From an uncultured Clostridia bacterium (GTDB lineage Bacteria; Bacillota; Clostridia; Christensenellales; CAG-314): 64,000 bases of DNA. The position numbers were made by a program, and so were the translations under genes. A model generated the notes under the pieces. That model ran no database searches, was not told where the DNA came from, and worked only from the letters and a program-made list of their open reading frames with translations. Within the stretch, counting starts at the first letter, position 1. Each line of letters opens with the position of its first letter. Below are positions 19,791 to 29,293 of the stretch, piece by piece. The DNA is taken from positions 14,982-78,981 of the forward strand of contig CANPXV010000006.1 of assembly GCA_947586855.1 (NCBI GenBank). Direction: 5' to 3'.

Positions 19791-20636
19791 ATGGAACTGT
19801 TTATCCGTGCCCACGACCTTGGTGTCAAGGGCATAGACAACGTTATATCTCAGTTGGACGAGCTGACCTTGGACGGCGTGCAGCTTGTGGCCTACAAGGT
19901 GCTGCCCGATGTGCCCTATGCTGTGGGTGGTATGGATAGCGTCAAGGCGCAGGCCACGGGACGTGCGCTGGCAAATGCGGGCAAAAAGGTGGCGTTGATA
20001 GGCGCCTACTTCAACCCCGTTCACTCAGACAAGGGCAAGGTGGAGCGGTGCAAGCGCATCTTTTGCGACTACATCGACTGCGCCAAGCTGCTGGGTTGCG
20101 GCCTTGTCGGGTCGGAGACGGGCAGTTTCAACGACGACAAGTGGACCTACCACCCGCTCAACCGCACCGACGCCGCACTGCAAACGGTGGTGGAGACTTT
20201 TGGCGAGCTGGCGGACTATGCCGCACGCCGCAACGTCTGCATTGCCATGGAAGGCGCCTTTGGACACGTCTGTTACAGTGTGGACAGGTTGCAACAGGCG
20301 CTGGAACTTATCGGCAGGCCCAATGTCAAGGTGATATTCGATCTGTACAACTATCTGGATGTAACCAATGCGGATAGCTGCTACGACATTTTGCAGCAGG
20401 GGCTGGACACGTTCGGCAGGCGGATAGAAGTTTTTCACCTGAAAGATTTTCGTATCGAGCAGGGCAAGCTGACGCAATGTCCCGTTGGGCAGGGCGTGCT
20501 GGACTATGACAGGGTGCTCTCCGCCATATACCGCAGCAATCCCGAAGCCAAACTTGTTTTTGAAGGTACCGTCGGGCAAGATGTGCCCGCAGCGGTAAAG
20601 TTTATAAGGAGCAAACTAACAAAACTATGCAATTAG
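19791..20636 (+). CDS. sugar-phosphate isomerase/epimerase family TIM-barrel protein
   Basis: Metal-ligand pattern E (MEG), D-x-x-N (FDLYN), H-x-K-D (FHLKD), E (FEG). Confidence 0.75.
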   Translation: MELFIRAHDLGVKGIDNVISQLDELTLDGVQLVAYKVLPDVPYAVGGMDSVKAQATGRALANAGKKVALIGAYFNPVHSDKGKVERCKRIFCDYIDCAKLLGCGLVGSETGSFNDDKWTYHPLNRTDAALQTVVETFGELADYAARRNVCIAMEGAFGHVCYSVDRLQQALELIGRPNVKVIFDLYNYLDVTNADSCYDILQQGLDTFGRRIEVFHLKDFRIEQGKLTQCPVGQGVLDYDRVLSAIYRSNPEAKLVFEGTVGQDVPAAVKFIRSKLTKLCN

Positions 20637-21463
20637 ACATACGGTATAGCAATCACCCACAAGACTCAAAGTACTACGACACCGCCGCCCTCAGACGTCA
20701 CTACCTCATCGAAAAGGTGTTTGTCGAGGACGAAATTATGCTGACCTATTCTCATCAGGATCGCATAATAGCCGGCGGAGCAATGCCCGTCACCAAGCCG
20801 CTTGCCTTGGGCAGCTGCAAGGAGTTGGCCACCGACTACTTTTTGGAGAGGCGCGAAATGGGCGTCATCAACATCGGCGGCGACGGCACGATAGTGTTGG
20901 ACGGCAAGCAATATGCCGTCGGCTGCAAGGAGGGCATGTACATCGGCATGGGCACCCGCGAAATTATTTTCAAAAGCAACGACGCCCGCCACCCTGCCAA
21001 GTTTTATATCAACAGCTGCCCTGCGCACAAAACCTATCCCACCGTGCACATCACCAAGGACAAGGCCAATCATGTGGCGTGCGGCGACGCAGCCCACCTC
21101 AACAAGCGGGTGATAAATCAATTTGTGCACCCTGCGGTGTGCCAAAGCTGCCAGCTATCCATGGGCATGACGGAGTTGGACCCCACAAGCAGCTGGAACA
21201 CGATGCCCTGCCACACGCACGAGCGCCGTATGGAAGTGTACATGTATTTTGATTTGCACGAGGACAACGTTGTGTTCCACTTTATGGGGCAAAAGGAGGA
21301 AACTCGCCACATCGTCATGCACAACGAGCAGGCCGTCATATCCCCCAGCTGGTCCATTCACAGCGGAGTGGGCACCAGCAACTACATCTTTATCTGGGGC
21401 ATGTGCGGCGAAAATCAAACCTTTACCGATATGGACGGCATAGGCAATTTGGAGCTGAAATAA
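20627..21463 (+). CDS. kduI: 4-deoxy-L-threo-5-hexosulose-uronate ketol-isomerase
   Basis: 'FLERREMGVINIGG', 'WNTMPCHTHERRMEVY', 'SPSWSIHSG', 'WGMCGENQ'. Confidence 0.96.
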   Translation: MQLDIRYSNHPQDSKYYDTAALRRHYLIEKVFVEDEIMLTYSHQDRIIAGGAMPVTKPLALGSCKELATDYFLERREMGVINIGGDGTIVLDGKQYAVGCKEGMYIGMGTREIIFKSNDARHPAKFYINSCPAHKTYPTVHITKDKANHVACGDAAHLNKRVINQFVHPAVCQSCQLSMGMTELDPTSSWNTMPCHTHERRMEVYMYFDLHEDNVVFHFMGQKEETRHIVMHNEQAVISPSWSIHSGVGTSNYIFIWGMCGENQTFTDMDGIGNLELK

Positions 21464-21526
21464 GTTTCGGTAACTTTTTTGCCGCAAGGCAAAGTGACAA
21501 AAAATATAAAAAAGCGAGAGAAGGTC

Positions 21527-22624
21527 ATGGCATACTTAACACTCAAAAACATCAACAAAATTTATCCCAACGGCTTCCATGCGGTGCACGATTTCAATCT
21601 GGAAATCGAGCGTGGCGAGTTTATCGTCTTTGTTGGACCGTCCGGCTGCGGCAAAAGCACAACGCTGCGCATGATTGCCGGTCTGGAAAACATCTCCAAG
21701 GGAGATTTCTACATCGACGGTGTGCGTGCCAACGACAAAGGCCCCCGAGAGCGCCAGATAGCAATGGTGTTCCAGAGCTACGCACTGTATCCCCACATGA
21801 GCGTCTACGACAATCTGGCCTTCGGCTTGACTTTGCAGGGCGTGGACGAGGACGTGATCGAAGAACGGGTGATGAAAACGGCTAAGATCCTTGGCCTGAC
21901 GGAGTACCTCGACCGCAAACCACGTGCTCTTTCGGGCGGTCAGCGTCAACGTGTGGCGGTAGGACGTGCCATCATCCGCAAAGTGGGCGTGTTCCTGATG
22001 GACGAACCCCTTTCCAACCTCGACGCCAAGCAACGTGTCACAATGCGTTCGGAGATCACTCAGATCCACCGCGAAACCAAGGCTACCACCATCTACGTCA
22101 CGCACGACCAGACGGAGGCAATGACCATGGCGGACAGGATAGTAGTCATGAAGGACGGCTACATTCAGCAGGTGGGCACCCCCTACGAGCTGTACTTCAA
22201 CCCCGTCAACCTGTTTGTGGCGGGCTTCATCGGCGAGCCTCCTATGAACTTTGTGCCCACAACCGTCAACGGCGGCAAAGCTACCGTCGGCAACAACATG
22301 TTGGACCTCAGCCACGTCCTCAGTGGCGAAAAACTTGCCCAATACGAGGGCAAAGAAGTGGTGCTGGGCTTCCGCCCCGAAGGTATCGAGCTGGGCGAAA
22401 AGAAGGACGCCTACAATGTGGATTGCTTTGTGGAGCTTACCGAGCTGCTGGGCGACAACACCAACGTCTACGTCAACATCGGCAAGGACAGGGCTATCCT
22501 CAAAGTGGACCCGCACGACACCCCGTCAACGGATGTTGATATTCGTTTCAGCATAGCCTACGACAACGTGTACGTGTTCGACAAGGAGACCGAGCACGTC
22601 ATCACCGACCCCAAGCGCAAATAG
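21527..22624 (+). CDS. carbohydrate ABC ATPase (MsmX/MalK/UgpC family)
   Basis: GPSGCGKST, LSGGQRQR, MDEPLSNLDAK, YVTHDQ, C-terminal TOBE-like region. Confidence 0.92.
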   Translation: MAYLTLKNINKIYPNGFHAVHDFNLEIERGEFIVFVGPSGCGKSTTLRMIAGLENISKGDFYIDGVRANDKGPRERQIAMVFQSYALYPHMSVYDNLAFGLTLQGVDEDVIEERVMKTAKILGLTEYLDRKPRALSGGQRQRVAVGRAIIRKVGVFLMDEPLSNLDAKQRVTMRSEITQIHRETKATTIYVTHDQTEAMTMADRIVVMKDGYIQQVGTPYELYFNPVNLFVAGFIGEPPMNFVPTTVNGGKATVGNNMLDLSHVLSGEKLAQYEGKEVVLGFRPEGIELGEKKDAYNVDCFVELTELLGDNTNVYVNIGKDRAILKVDPHDTPSTDVDIRFSIAYDNVYVFDKETEHVITDPKRK

Positions 22625-22641
22625 AAACGACATTTTGTACA

Positions 22642-22688
22642 AAACGGCACGCCCAGCACGATAGCACCGTCTTGGGCTGCCGTTTTTT
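22642..22688 (+). terminator. intrinsic terminator after the ATPase gene
   Basis: AACGGCA-GCCCA...TGGGCTGCCGTT followed by a T-run. Confidence 0.65.
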
Positions 22689-22697
22689 GATAAGATC

Positions 22698-22855
22698 TTC
22701 CGGCCAAACGCAAGGCGGTTCGTCACAACTCTCGCTTGGCGTTACCATACGTGCAAGCACGAGTGGTACCAACGCCGCTCGGTTGTTCCTCTCCCACACA
22801 AGTTTCGTACCTCAACTTGTGCGAGTACCCTATACTACGCAACCGACCCCTACGG
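22698..22855 (+). repeat. long form of the palindromic intergenic repeat (REP/MITE-like), with an inverted copy at 40778-40930
   Basis: 22709-22823 matches the reverse complement of 40805-40919 at 114 of 115 nt by manual alignment; several internal hairpins. Confidence 0.9.
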
Positions 22856-22858
22856 AGC

Positions 22859-22878
22859 CACCTCGCCGGTGGGGCAAG
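22859..22878 (+). repeat. repeat module C, with a direct copy at 40662-40681
   Basis: Identical 20-mer CACCTCGCCGGTGGGGCAAG. Confidence 0.75.
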
Positions 22879-23057
22879 CAGGGGAGATTTTTCCCCAATG
22901 TAGCGGGCCGCTTCGCCCTGCGCCGTCATATACACAAAACGGACGGCCAAGCGGTGCAAAACGGTGCAAATTACAAAAAATATGCGCAAAAAAGTGTACG
23001 CAAATTGCGCTTTGTGCTACACTGATTGCACAAGCAAATATCACACAGGAGTGGATT

Positions 23058-24485
23058 ATGAAACAGCTCAACGGACAAAACTATGTCAAAAAGGACAGGC
23101 CCATCAGGATTTTGCAATTTGGAGAGGGCAATTTTTTGCGGGCGTTTGTGGATTGGATATTGCAGCACCTCAACGACAGCGGCGCCATCAACGCCAACGT
23201 TGCCGTGGTGCAGCCCGTGCCGCAGGGGCGCATTGAGCAGCTGCGTGCGCAGGACGGCCTGTACACCGTCTGTCTGGAAGGTATCCAACAGGGCAAGCGT
23301 GTGCAGTCGAGGGAGATCATCGATGTGCTGGGCGACTTTGTCAACCCCTACACCGACTACGACAAGTACCTCGCCTATGCCCACGGCGAGCAGCTGCAAA
23401 CGGTCATTTCCAACACCACCGAGGCGGGCATTGTGCTGGACGAAACGGACACCGATTTCGACGCATGCCCCCGTTCCTTCCCCGGCAAGCTGCTGGCCTT
23501 TTTGTGGGAGCGCTACCGTCATTTTGACGGCGACCCGACCAAAGGCCTTGCCATTGTGCCCTGCGAGCTGATCGACAACAACGGCAGCACGCTGCGCAAT
23601 GTGATGGTGCAATTGGCCAATCTGCGCCATATGGACAAAGATTTTATCCGCTGGCTGACCGAGGCCAACCACTTTACCGATACGCTTGTGGACAGGATCG
23701 TGCCCGGCTATCCCCGAGACACCGTTGGGGAGATATGGCAGCAGACAGGCTACCGTGACGACAACGTTGTCAAGGCGGAAGTTTTTCACCTGTGGGTGCT
23801 GAAAAGGGAGCCGTTTGTAGAAGAGCGTCTGCCCGCCGCAAGTTGCGGACTCAACGTCATCTTTGCCGACGACATCACCCCCTACAAGCAACGCAAGGTA
23901 AAAATCCTCAACGGCACACACACGGCAATGGTGCCCGTGGCCTATCTGTGCGGTCTGGACACCGTCGGCGAGGCCATGAACGACCCCGATGTGCGCCGCT
24001 TTGCCGAGAGGCTCATTTTTGAGGAAATCAAGCCCACCATCGACCTGCCGCAAGAGGAAATGACGTCCTTTGCCAACAGCGTGTTGGAACGTTTCCAAAA
24101 CCCGTTCATCCGCCACGAGCTGATGTCCATTGCCCTCAACAGCACCAGCAAGGTGCGCACCAGATTGCTGCCCACCTACAACGACTATCTGCGGCAAAAG
24201 GGCACCGCACCCAAGTGCGTGATGTTTGCAATATCCTCTTTGACGGCGTTTATGAGGGGCGAGCGCAACGGCCAACCCATTTTGTTGCAGGACGAGGAGC
24301 AAAACCTGCAATTTTGGCGCAGTTTGTGGCAAAACGACGACCTCAACGAGGTGGCAAGCGGAGCGCTCAACTATCTCGACGCCGATTTGTGTACCCCCTC
24401 CAATGTGCGCACAGTGGCGCAAAACCTGCACAACATTTGCACGCTGGGCATGCGCAAGGCATTGCAACAGCTGCTGCAAGCATAA
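23058..24485 (+). CDS. uxaB: tagaturonate reductase (altronate oxidoreductase)
   Basis: 'LQFGEGNFLRAF', 'SNTTEAGI', 'PCELI', 'LVDRIVPG', 'RKVKILNGTHT'; ATG 23058 follows AGGAG. Confidence 0.93.
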   Translation: MKQLNGQNYVKKDRPIRILQFGEGNFLRAFVDWILQHLNDSGAINANVAVVQPVPQGRIEQLRAQDGLYTVCLEGIQQGKRVQSREIIDVLGDFVNPYTDYDKYLAYAHGEQLQTVISNTTEAGIVLDETDTDFDACPRSFPGKLLAFLWERYRHFDGDPTKGLAIVPCELIDNNGSTLRNVMVQLANLRHMDKDFIRWLTEANHFTDTLVDRIVPGYPRDTVGEIWQQTGYRDDNVVKAEVFHLWVLKREPFVEERLPAASCGLNVIFADDITPYKQRKVKILNGTHTAMVPVAYLCGLDTVGEAMNDPDVRRFAERLIFEEIKPTIDLPQEEMTSFANSVLERFQNPFIRHELMSIALNSTSKVRTRLLPTYNDYLRQKGTAPKCVMFAISSLTAFMRGERNGQPILLQDEEQNLQFWRSLWQNDDLNEVASGALNYLDADLCTPSNVRTVAQNLHNICTLGMRKALQQLLQA

Positions 24486-24491
24486 CGGATC

Positions 24492-25964
24492 ATGAAAAAC
24501 TACATTCGCATCAACCCCAAAGATAATGTGGCGGTGGCCCTTGCTCCCCTCAAAAAAGGCGAACAGGTAGAATCCGTCCGCCTTACGGAAGATATAGCCC
24601 AAGGGCACAAGCTGGCCCTTTGCGACATACCAAAGGGCACCGAAATCATCAAATACGGCAACCCCATCGGGCGGGCCACCTGCGATATTGCCGCAGGCAG
24701 TCACGTGCACGAGCACAACACGGCCACCATGCTGGGCAAGCAGCTTACCTATTGCTACAATCCCGTGCGCACCGCCGTGCCCAAGCAGCCGCCCGTCACC
24801 GTCAACGTCTACAAGCGTTTGGACGGCAATGTGGGCATACGCAACGAGCTGTGGGTGATACCCCTTGTGGGCTGCGTCAACGCTCAGGCACGGGCGATAG
24901 TGCGCCGTTTCAACGAAAAGCACCCCCGTCCGAGTGGTATTGACGGCGTGCACGCATTTACCCACCCATACGGCTGCTCTCAGATAGGCGAGGACCATGT
25001 GCGCACTCGCAGCCTGTTGCAGCAAATGGTCAGGCACCCCAATGCAGGCGGCGTACTTGTGCTGGGCTTGGGTTGCGAAAACAACAAAATGTCAGATTTT
25101 GTGGAGACGTTGGGCGACTACGACCGCTCTCGCACCAGGTTTTTGGTGGCGCAGCAGGTGGAGGACGAAGTTGCCGAAGGCGTGCGCCTGTTGGAAGAGC
25201 TTTACTCTCTGGCACGGCAGGACGTGCGTGTGCCCTGCGATATCAGCTGCCTCAAAGTGGGGCTCAAATGCGGCGGTTCGGACGGCCTCAGCGGCTTGAC
25301 GGCCAATCCTCTGGTGGGGTTGGTATCGGACAAGCTGGTGGGCTGCGGCGCAACTACCGTGCTTACCGAGGTGCCCGAGATGTTCGGTGCAGAGCAGCTG
25401 CTTATGGACAGGGCGGCGGACGAGGCCACCTTCTGCAAGATAGTGAAACTTATCAACAACTTCAAGCAGTACTATGCCGACCACAATCAGCCCTGCTACG
25501 AAAATCCCTCGCCGGGCAACCGTGCAGGAGGCATCACCACGTTGGAGGACAAGTCGCTGGGCTGCGTGCAGAAGTCGGGCAGCAGCGCCGTGTGCGACGT
25601 GGTGTTCGACGGCGAGCATATCATGTCGCACGGGCTCAATTTGCTCAACGGCCCGGGCAATGACATGGTGGCCGTCACCAATCTTGGGGCGGCAGGATGC
25701 CATCTGGTGCTGTTTACCACGGGGCGGGGCACGCCGTTTGGCGGATTTGTGCCCACCGTCAAGATCGCTACCAACAGTCAATTGGCCGCCCACAAGCGCA
25801 ATTGGATAGATTTTGACGCAGGCGACGTGCTGCAAAACGGCTTCGAGGCCTCGTGCGGGGCGTTGTTCCGTCTGGTTGTGGATGTGGCCAACGGCAAACA
25901 AACGGTAAACGAGTTGCAGGACAGCAGAGATATTGCTCTGTTCAAAACGGGTGTTACACTCTGA
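24492..25964 (+). CDS. uxaA: altronate dehydratase
   Basis: N-terminal SAF domain 'GHKLAL...IIKYG', 'HPYGCSQ', 'LKCGGSDG', 'ENPSPGN', 'FTTGRGTP'. Confidence 0.93.
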   Translation: MKNYIRINPKDNVAVALAPLKKGEQVESVRLTEDIAQGHKLALCDIPKGTEIIKYGNPIGRATCDIAAGSHVHEHNTATMLGKQLTYCYNPVRTAVPKQPPVTVNVYKRLDGNVGIRNELWVIPLVGCVNAQARAIVRRFNEKHPRPSGIDGVHAFTHPYGCSQIGEDHVRTRSLLQQMVRHPNAGGVLVLGLGCENNKMSDFVETLGDYDRSRTRFLVAQQVEDEVAEGVRLLEELYSLARQDVRVPCDISCLKVGLKCGGSDGLSGLTANPLVGLVSDKLVGCGATTVLTEVPEMFGAEQLLMDRAADEATFCKIVKLINNFKQYYADHNQPCYENPSPGNRAGGITTLEDKSLGCVQKSGSSAVCDVVFDGEHIMSHGLNLLNGPGNDMVAVTNLGAAGCHLVLFTTGRGTPFGGFVPTVKIATNSQLAAHKRNWIDFDAGDVLQNGFEASCGALFRLVVDVANGKQTVNELQDSRDIALFKTGVTL

Positions 25965-25981
25965 TATATAGGGGAGAAATC

Positions 25982-27373
25982 ATGAAAAAATTTTTGGATA
26001 AAAACTTTCTTTTGCAAACGGAAACGGCGCAAAAACTGTATCACGGCTATGCCGAGCAGATGCCCATTTTCGACTTCCATTGCCACCTGCCCATTGCGGA
26101 GATCTACGAGGACAAGCACTATCGCAGCATAACGGAAGTGTGGTTGGGCGGCGATCACTACAAGTGGCGTCTTATGAGAGAAATGGGCGTGGACGAAAAG
26201 TTTATCACGGGGGACGCCGACGATTGGCAAAAGTTCCTCAAATATGCCGAGGTCATGCCCTATGCCATCGGCAACCCCATTTACCATTGGACCCATCTGG
26301 AATTGCAACGCTTTTTCGGCATCTACGACATCCTTTGCCCGTCAACGGCCCGCAAAATCTACGACGAGGCCAACGCCAAGCTCGCTACCCTTTCCGCCCG
26401 CAAGCTGATTGTGGATTCCAACGTCAAAACGCTGTTTACCACCGACGACCCGACGGACGATTTGCACTTCCACAAGCTGCTCTCTCAAACGGACTTTCCT
26501 GTCAGGGTGGCGCCCGCATTCCGTCCCGACAAGGCGCTAAACATCACCCAACCCACCTTTGCCGGCTACATTGCCAACCTCGGCAAGGTGGTGGGCTACC
26601 CCATCGACGGTATTGCCGCCCTTATGCGTGCGCTTGCCGACCGTGTGGACTACTTCGACAGTGTGGGGTGCGTATGCTCCGACCACGCCTTGGACGTGGT
26701 GATGTATCTGCCCGCAACGGAAAGCAAGGTGGACGCCATTTTGCGCCGTGCGCTGCAAGGGCAGGCCATTTCGAGAGAGGACGAGGAAAAATATCGGGGC
26801 TTTGTGCTGGTGCACCTTGGCCGACTGTATGCCGCCCACAAATGGGTGCAACAGTATCACATCGGGGCTTTGCGCAACAATTCCGGCAGGTATATGCGGC
26901 TGCTGGGTGCGGATACGGGCTTCGACGCAATCGAGGACCAGCCCTTTGCCGCCAAGCTGAGTCACATTCTGGACGAGTTGGACTCCACCGACGAGCTGCC
27001 CAAGACGATATTGTACTGCCTCAACCCCCGAGACAACGAGGTGCTGGCCTCGCTCATCAACTGCTTTCAGCAGTCGGGCGTGGTGGGCAAGCTGCAATTT
27101 GGCTCGGCGTGGTGGTTCAACGACCAAAAGGACGGCATAGAGCGTCAGCTTGTGGCGCTGTCGCAGTTGGGGCTGGTGTCCAAATTTGTAGGCATGCTTA
27201 CCGATAGCCGCAGCTTTCTTTCCTACACCCGCCACGAGTATTTCCGCCGCGTGCTGTGCAACTATCTGGGCGGCCTTGTCGAGCGGGGCGAGTACCCCTG
27301 CGATTTGCCCACCGTGGGCGCAATAGTGCAGGATATCTGCTACAACAACGCCGAAAAATATTTTTCCAAATAA
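25982..27373 (+). CDS. uxaC: glucuronate/galacturonate isomerase
   Basis: 'IFDFHCHL', 'GDHYKWR', 'TTDDP', 'GSAWWFND', 'GMLTDSRSFLSY'. Confidence 0.96.
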   Translation: MKKFLDKNFLLQTETAQKLYHGYAEQMPIFDFHCHLPIAEIYEDKHYRSITEVWLGGDHYKWRLMREMGVDEKFITGDADDWQKFLKYAEVMPYAIGNPIYHWTHLELQRFFGIYDILCPSTARKIYDEANAKLATLSARKLIVDSNVKTLFTTDDPTDDLHFHKLLSQTDFPVRVAPAFRPDKALNITQPTFAGYIANLGKVVGYPIDGIAALMRALADRVDYFDSVGCVCSDHALDVVMYLPATESKVDAILRRALQGQAISREDEEKYRGFVLVHLGRLYAAHKWVQQYHIGALRNNSGRYMRLLGADTGFDAIEDQPFAAKLSHILDELDSTDELPKTILYCLNPRDNEVLASLINCFQQSGVVGKLQFGSAWWFNDQKDGIERQLVALSQLGLVSKFVGMLTDSRSFLSYTRHEYFRRVLCNYLGGLVERGEYPCDLPTVGAIVQDICYNNAEKYFSK

Positions 27374-27414
27374 TTTTTGTGTAATTTTTGCATAATTTTT
27401 GCGTAATTTCTGCG
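27371..27414 (+). repeat. 11-bp tandem repeat, four copies
   Basis: TAATTTTTGTG TAATTTTTGCA TAATTTTTGCG TAATTTCTGCG, starting at the uxaC stop codon. Confidence 0.8.
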
Positions 27415-27431
27415 TAAAAAACGTATTTCTC

Positions 27432-27474
27432 AAAAAACAAGCGCATCTCTCAACAAATCGAGATGCGCTTTTTT
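27432..27474. terminator. bidirectional terminator between convergent uxaC and CE8 genes
   Basis: AAGCGCATCTC...GAGATGCGCTT with an A-run on the left and a T-run on the right. Confidence 0.8.
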
Positions 27475-27498
27475 GATTGTTTTTTGTGAATGGGACGA

Positions 27499-28401
27499 TT
27501 ATCGGAAAAATTCTTTCAGTTCGGATATTTGTCTGGCGGTGAGCGTCTTGCTCCAACCCACACGGCCGTCTATATGCCTGTCCTCGGCAAAGCGGGCCGT
27601 CTTGTCTCGTTGGGTGTCGTTCCACTTGTCAAAGCCCTGCGGCAAGATGCAATCGCCGTAGCTGCATCCCACAAAACTTGCCTTGCCGAAGTCCCTCCAA
27701 GGGCGTGCCAAAAACACGCTTTGGGGCGCTTGCCCCACAAAGGTGCAGTTGTCGAACACAAAGCCCACCGCCTGATTTTTGTCGTGAGCGGGCGCCGCCA
27801 CAAACCCGTGCCTGCCGTCCGCTTTGGACAGGAATGTGCACCTTTCAAACAGGCAATCGCCGCAGCCGAACACAAAATCCACCGTGCCCCGCACTTCACA
27901 GTGGCGGTAGATCTGCCTCGAACGGATGTGTTTGCGTAGCTTGTCCTTCAAAAAGCCGTCGTAGCGCTCTATCAGGTCGTCGGGCAGCGGCCCGCAAAAC
28001 AGCGTGTCCTGTTCGCTGTCCAGCAGACAGTTCTCCGCCAAAAAATCCCCTCCGTACACAGTCAGCGCCACCTCCTGCCCCTTTTGGGGAGAGTTGCCTG
28101 CGTCGTTGGCCACAGTCAGGTTGCGTAGCGTTATTTCGTCGGCGCAAACGGCCACGGTGTACGTCCGAAAGGTGTTCAGCTCCACGCCCTTTTCGTCGGG
28201 CTTTTTGGCATAGTCGTCCCACACGATGACCGTATTGTCCCTGTCGGCGCCCTCTATCGTCAATCCGAGGGTGTTCAGCTCCAACTTGCAGCGGTACACG
28301 CCCCGTTGCAGCACAATCCCGGTGTAGGGCAGCGCACTGTCGACAATTTGTTGCAGGTCGTCGTCGGGCGAAGCGAAAATTGTATGCAATATCTTGCTCA
28401 T
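27499..28401 (-). CDS. pectin methylesterase (CE8), no signal peptide
   Basis: 'GQEVAL', 'QDTLF', 'GTVDFVFG', 'FLARPWR'. Confidence 0.9.
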   Translation of the reverse strand: MSKILHTIFASPDDDLQQIVDSALPYTGIVLQRGVYRCKLELNTLGLTIEGADRDNTVIVWDDYAKKPDEKGVELNTFRTYTVAVCADEITLRNLTVANDAGNSPQKGQEVALTVYGGDFLAENCLLDSEQDTLFCGPLPDDLIERYDGFLKDKLRKHIRSRQIYRHCEVRGTVDFVFGCGDCLFERCTFLSKADGRHGFVAAPAHDKNQAVGFVFDNCTFVGQAPQSVFLARPWRDFGKASFVGCSYGDCILPQGFDKWNDTQRDKTARFAEDRHIDGRVGWSKTLTARQISELKEFFR

Positions 28402-28407
28402 ACCGCT

Positions 28408-28436
28408 ATTTTAGCGCACAAGCGGCGGTCTGTCAA
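28408..28436 (-). promoter_or_regulatory. promoter of the CE8 gene, predicting a leaderless mRNA
   Basis: Minus strand TTGACA (28436-31), 17 bp, TAAAAT (28413-08), 6 nt, then ATG; no SD sequence. Confidence 0.7.
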
Positions 28437-28652
28437 CAACAGAGTTTCAGTTGGCCTGCCGCAGTGCGATCCGCCCTTTGCGCTTGCCGTCCAAAAGATG
28501 TTCAAAACTGAAACAAAATTTCAGAATATGCACAAAATGGACATAATTTGAGGCAAAAATGCCGTTTTTTGTCCATATTTGGTATGGAAATTTTGACAAA
28601 CATTTTGTAAAATTATTTCGTAAAATAATGAGAAAGTGGGGTACAATGCTTT

Positions 28653-29258
28653 TTGGCGCAAAAATCTTTGACCTTTGCCCAATATCGAGCGGCGGATGTT
28701 GCGATATTTACCGTTATCGCCACTGCGTTTGAGGCGCTTGTAACATTGGCGGCCACACAGTGGTTTCCCGATCAGGCGTACTCCATCAGCTTTGTGTACG
28801 TGTTTGCCGCCCTGGTGGCAATGCGATGGGGCGCCTGGATGCTTGTCCCCACAACCACAAGCGCATTGGCCTACTGCTTGGTGTTGCAGGCCGATTGGCA
28901 GATGTATCTGGTGATGGCACTTGGCAATGCCTTTTGCGTGTTGTTGCTGGTGTTGCACAAACTTATCGGCAAGCAGCGCATAAGAGACTCGGCCTGGTGG
29001 ACAACGCTGTATGTGGCGGCCACCTACGTGTTTGTATCTGCGGGGCGTTTGTTGGTGGGCTTGCCCATGCCGCAGATAACCGTTGCGGCCAGCCTCAACA
29101 GCATATTGTACGATGCGCTTCCTGCGGCGTTTGCGTTGGTGGTGGTGCTCATCTGCCGCAAGCAAAACGGCCTGTTCGAGGATCAGAAACACTACTTGAT
29201 ACGCACCCAAAAGGAACGGGACAAAGAACTGCGTCAATCCAACATTGACGAGCAATAG
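28653..29258 (+). CDS. membrane protein of unknown function (about 6 TM, ECF S-component-like size and topology)
   Basis: 201-aa hydrophobic ORF with TTG start, first gene of the sugar ABC operon. Confidence 0.7.
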   Translation: MAQKSLTFAQYRAADVAIFTVIATAFEALVTLAATQWFPDQAYSISFVYVFAALVAMRWGAWMLVPTTTSALAYCLVLQADWQMYLVMALGNAFCVLLLVLHKLIGKQRIRDSAWWTTLYVAATYVFVSAGRLLVGLPMPQITVAASLNSILYDALPAAFALVVVLICRKQNGLFEDQKHYLIRTQKERDKELRQSNIDEQ

Positions 29259-29293
29259 AACAAATTTCAGCAAAATTTTTTGGAGGAAATCCA

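Noticed and set aside
22602-22799. ORF MWERNNRAALVP..., with a near-identical start at 40829-41332
   Set aside because: These are translations of the palindromic repeat and diverge outside it; not genes.
27371-27414. CRISPR array
   Set aside because: The 11-bp units have no spacers and there are no cas genes in the window.
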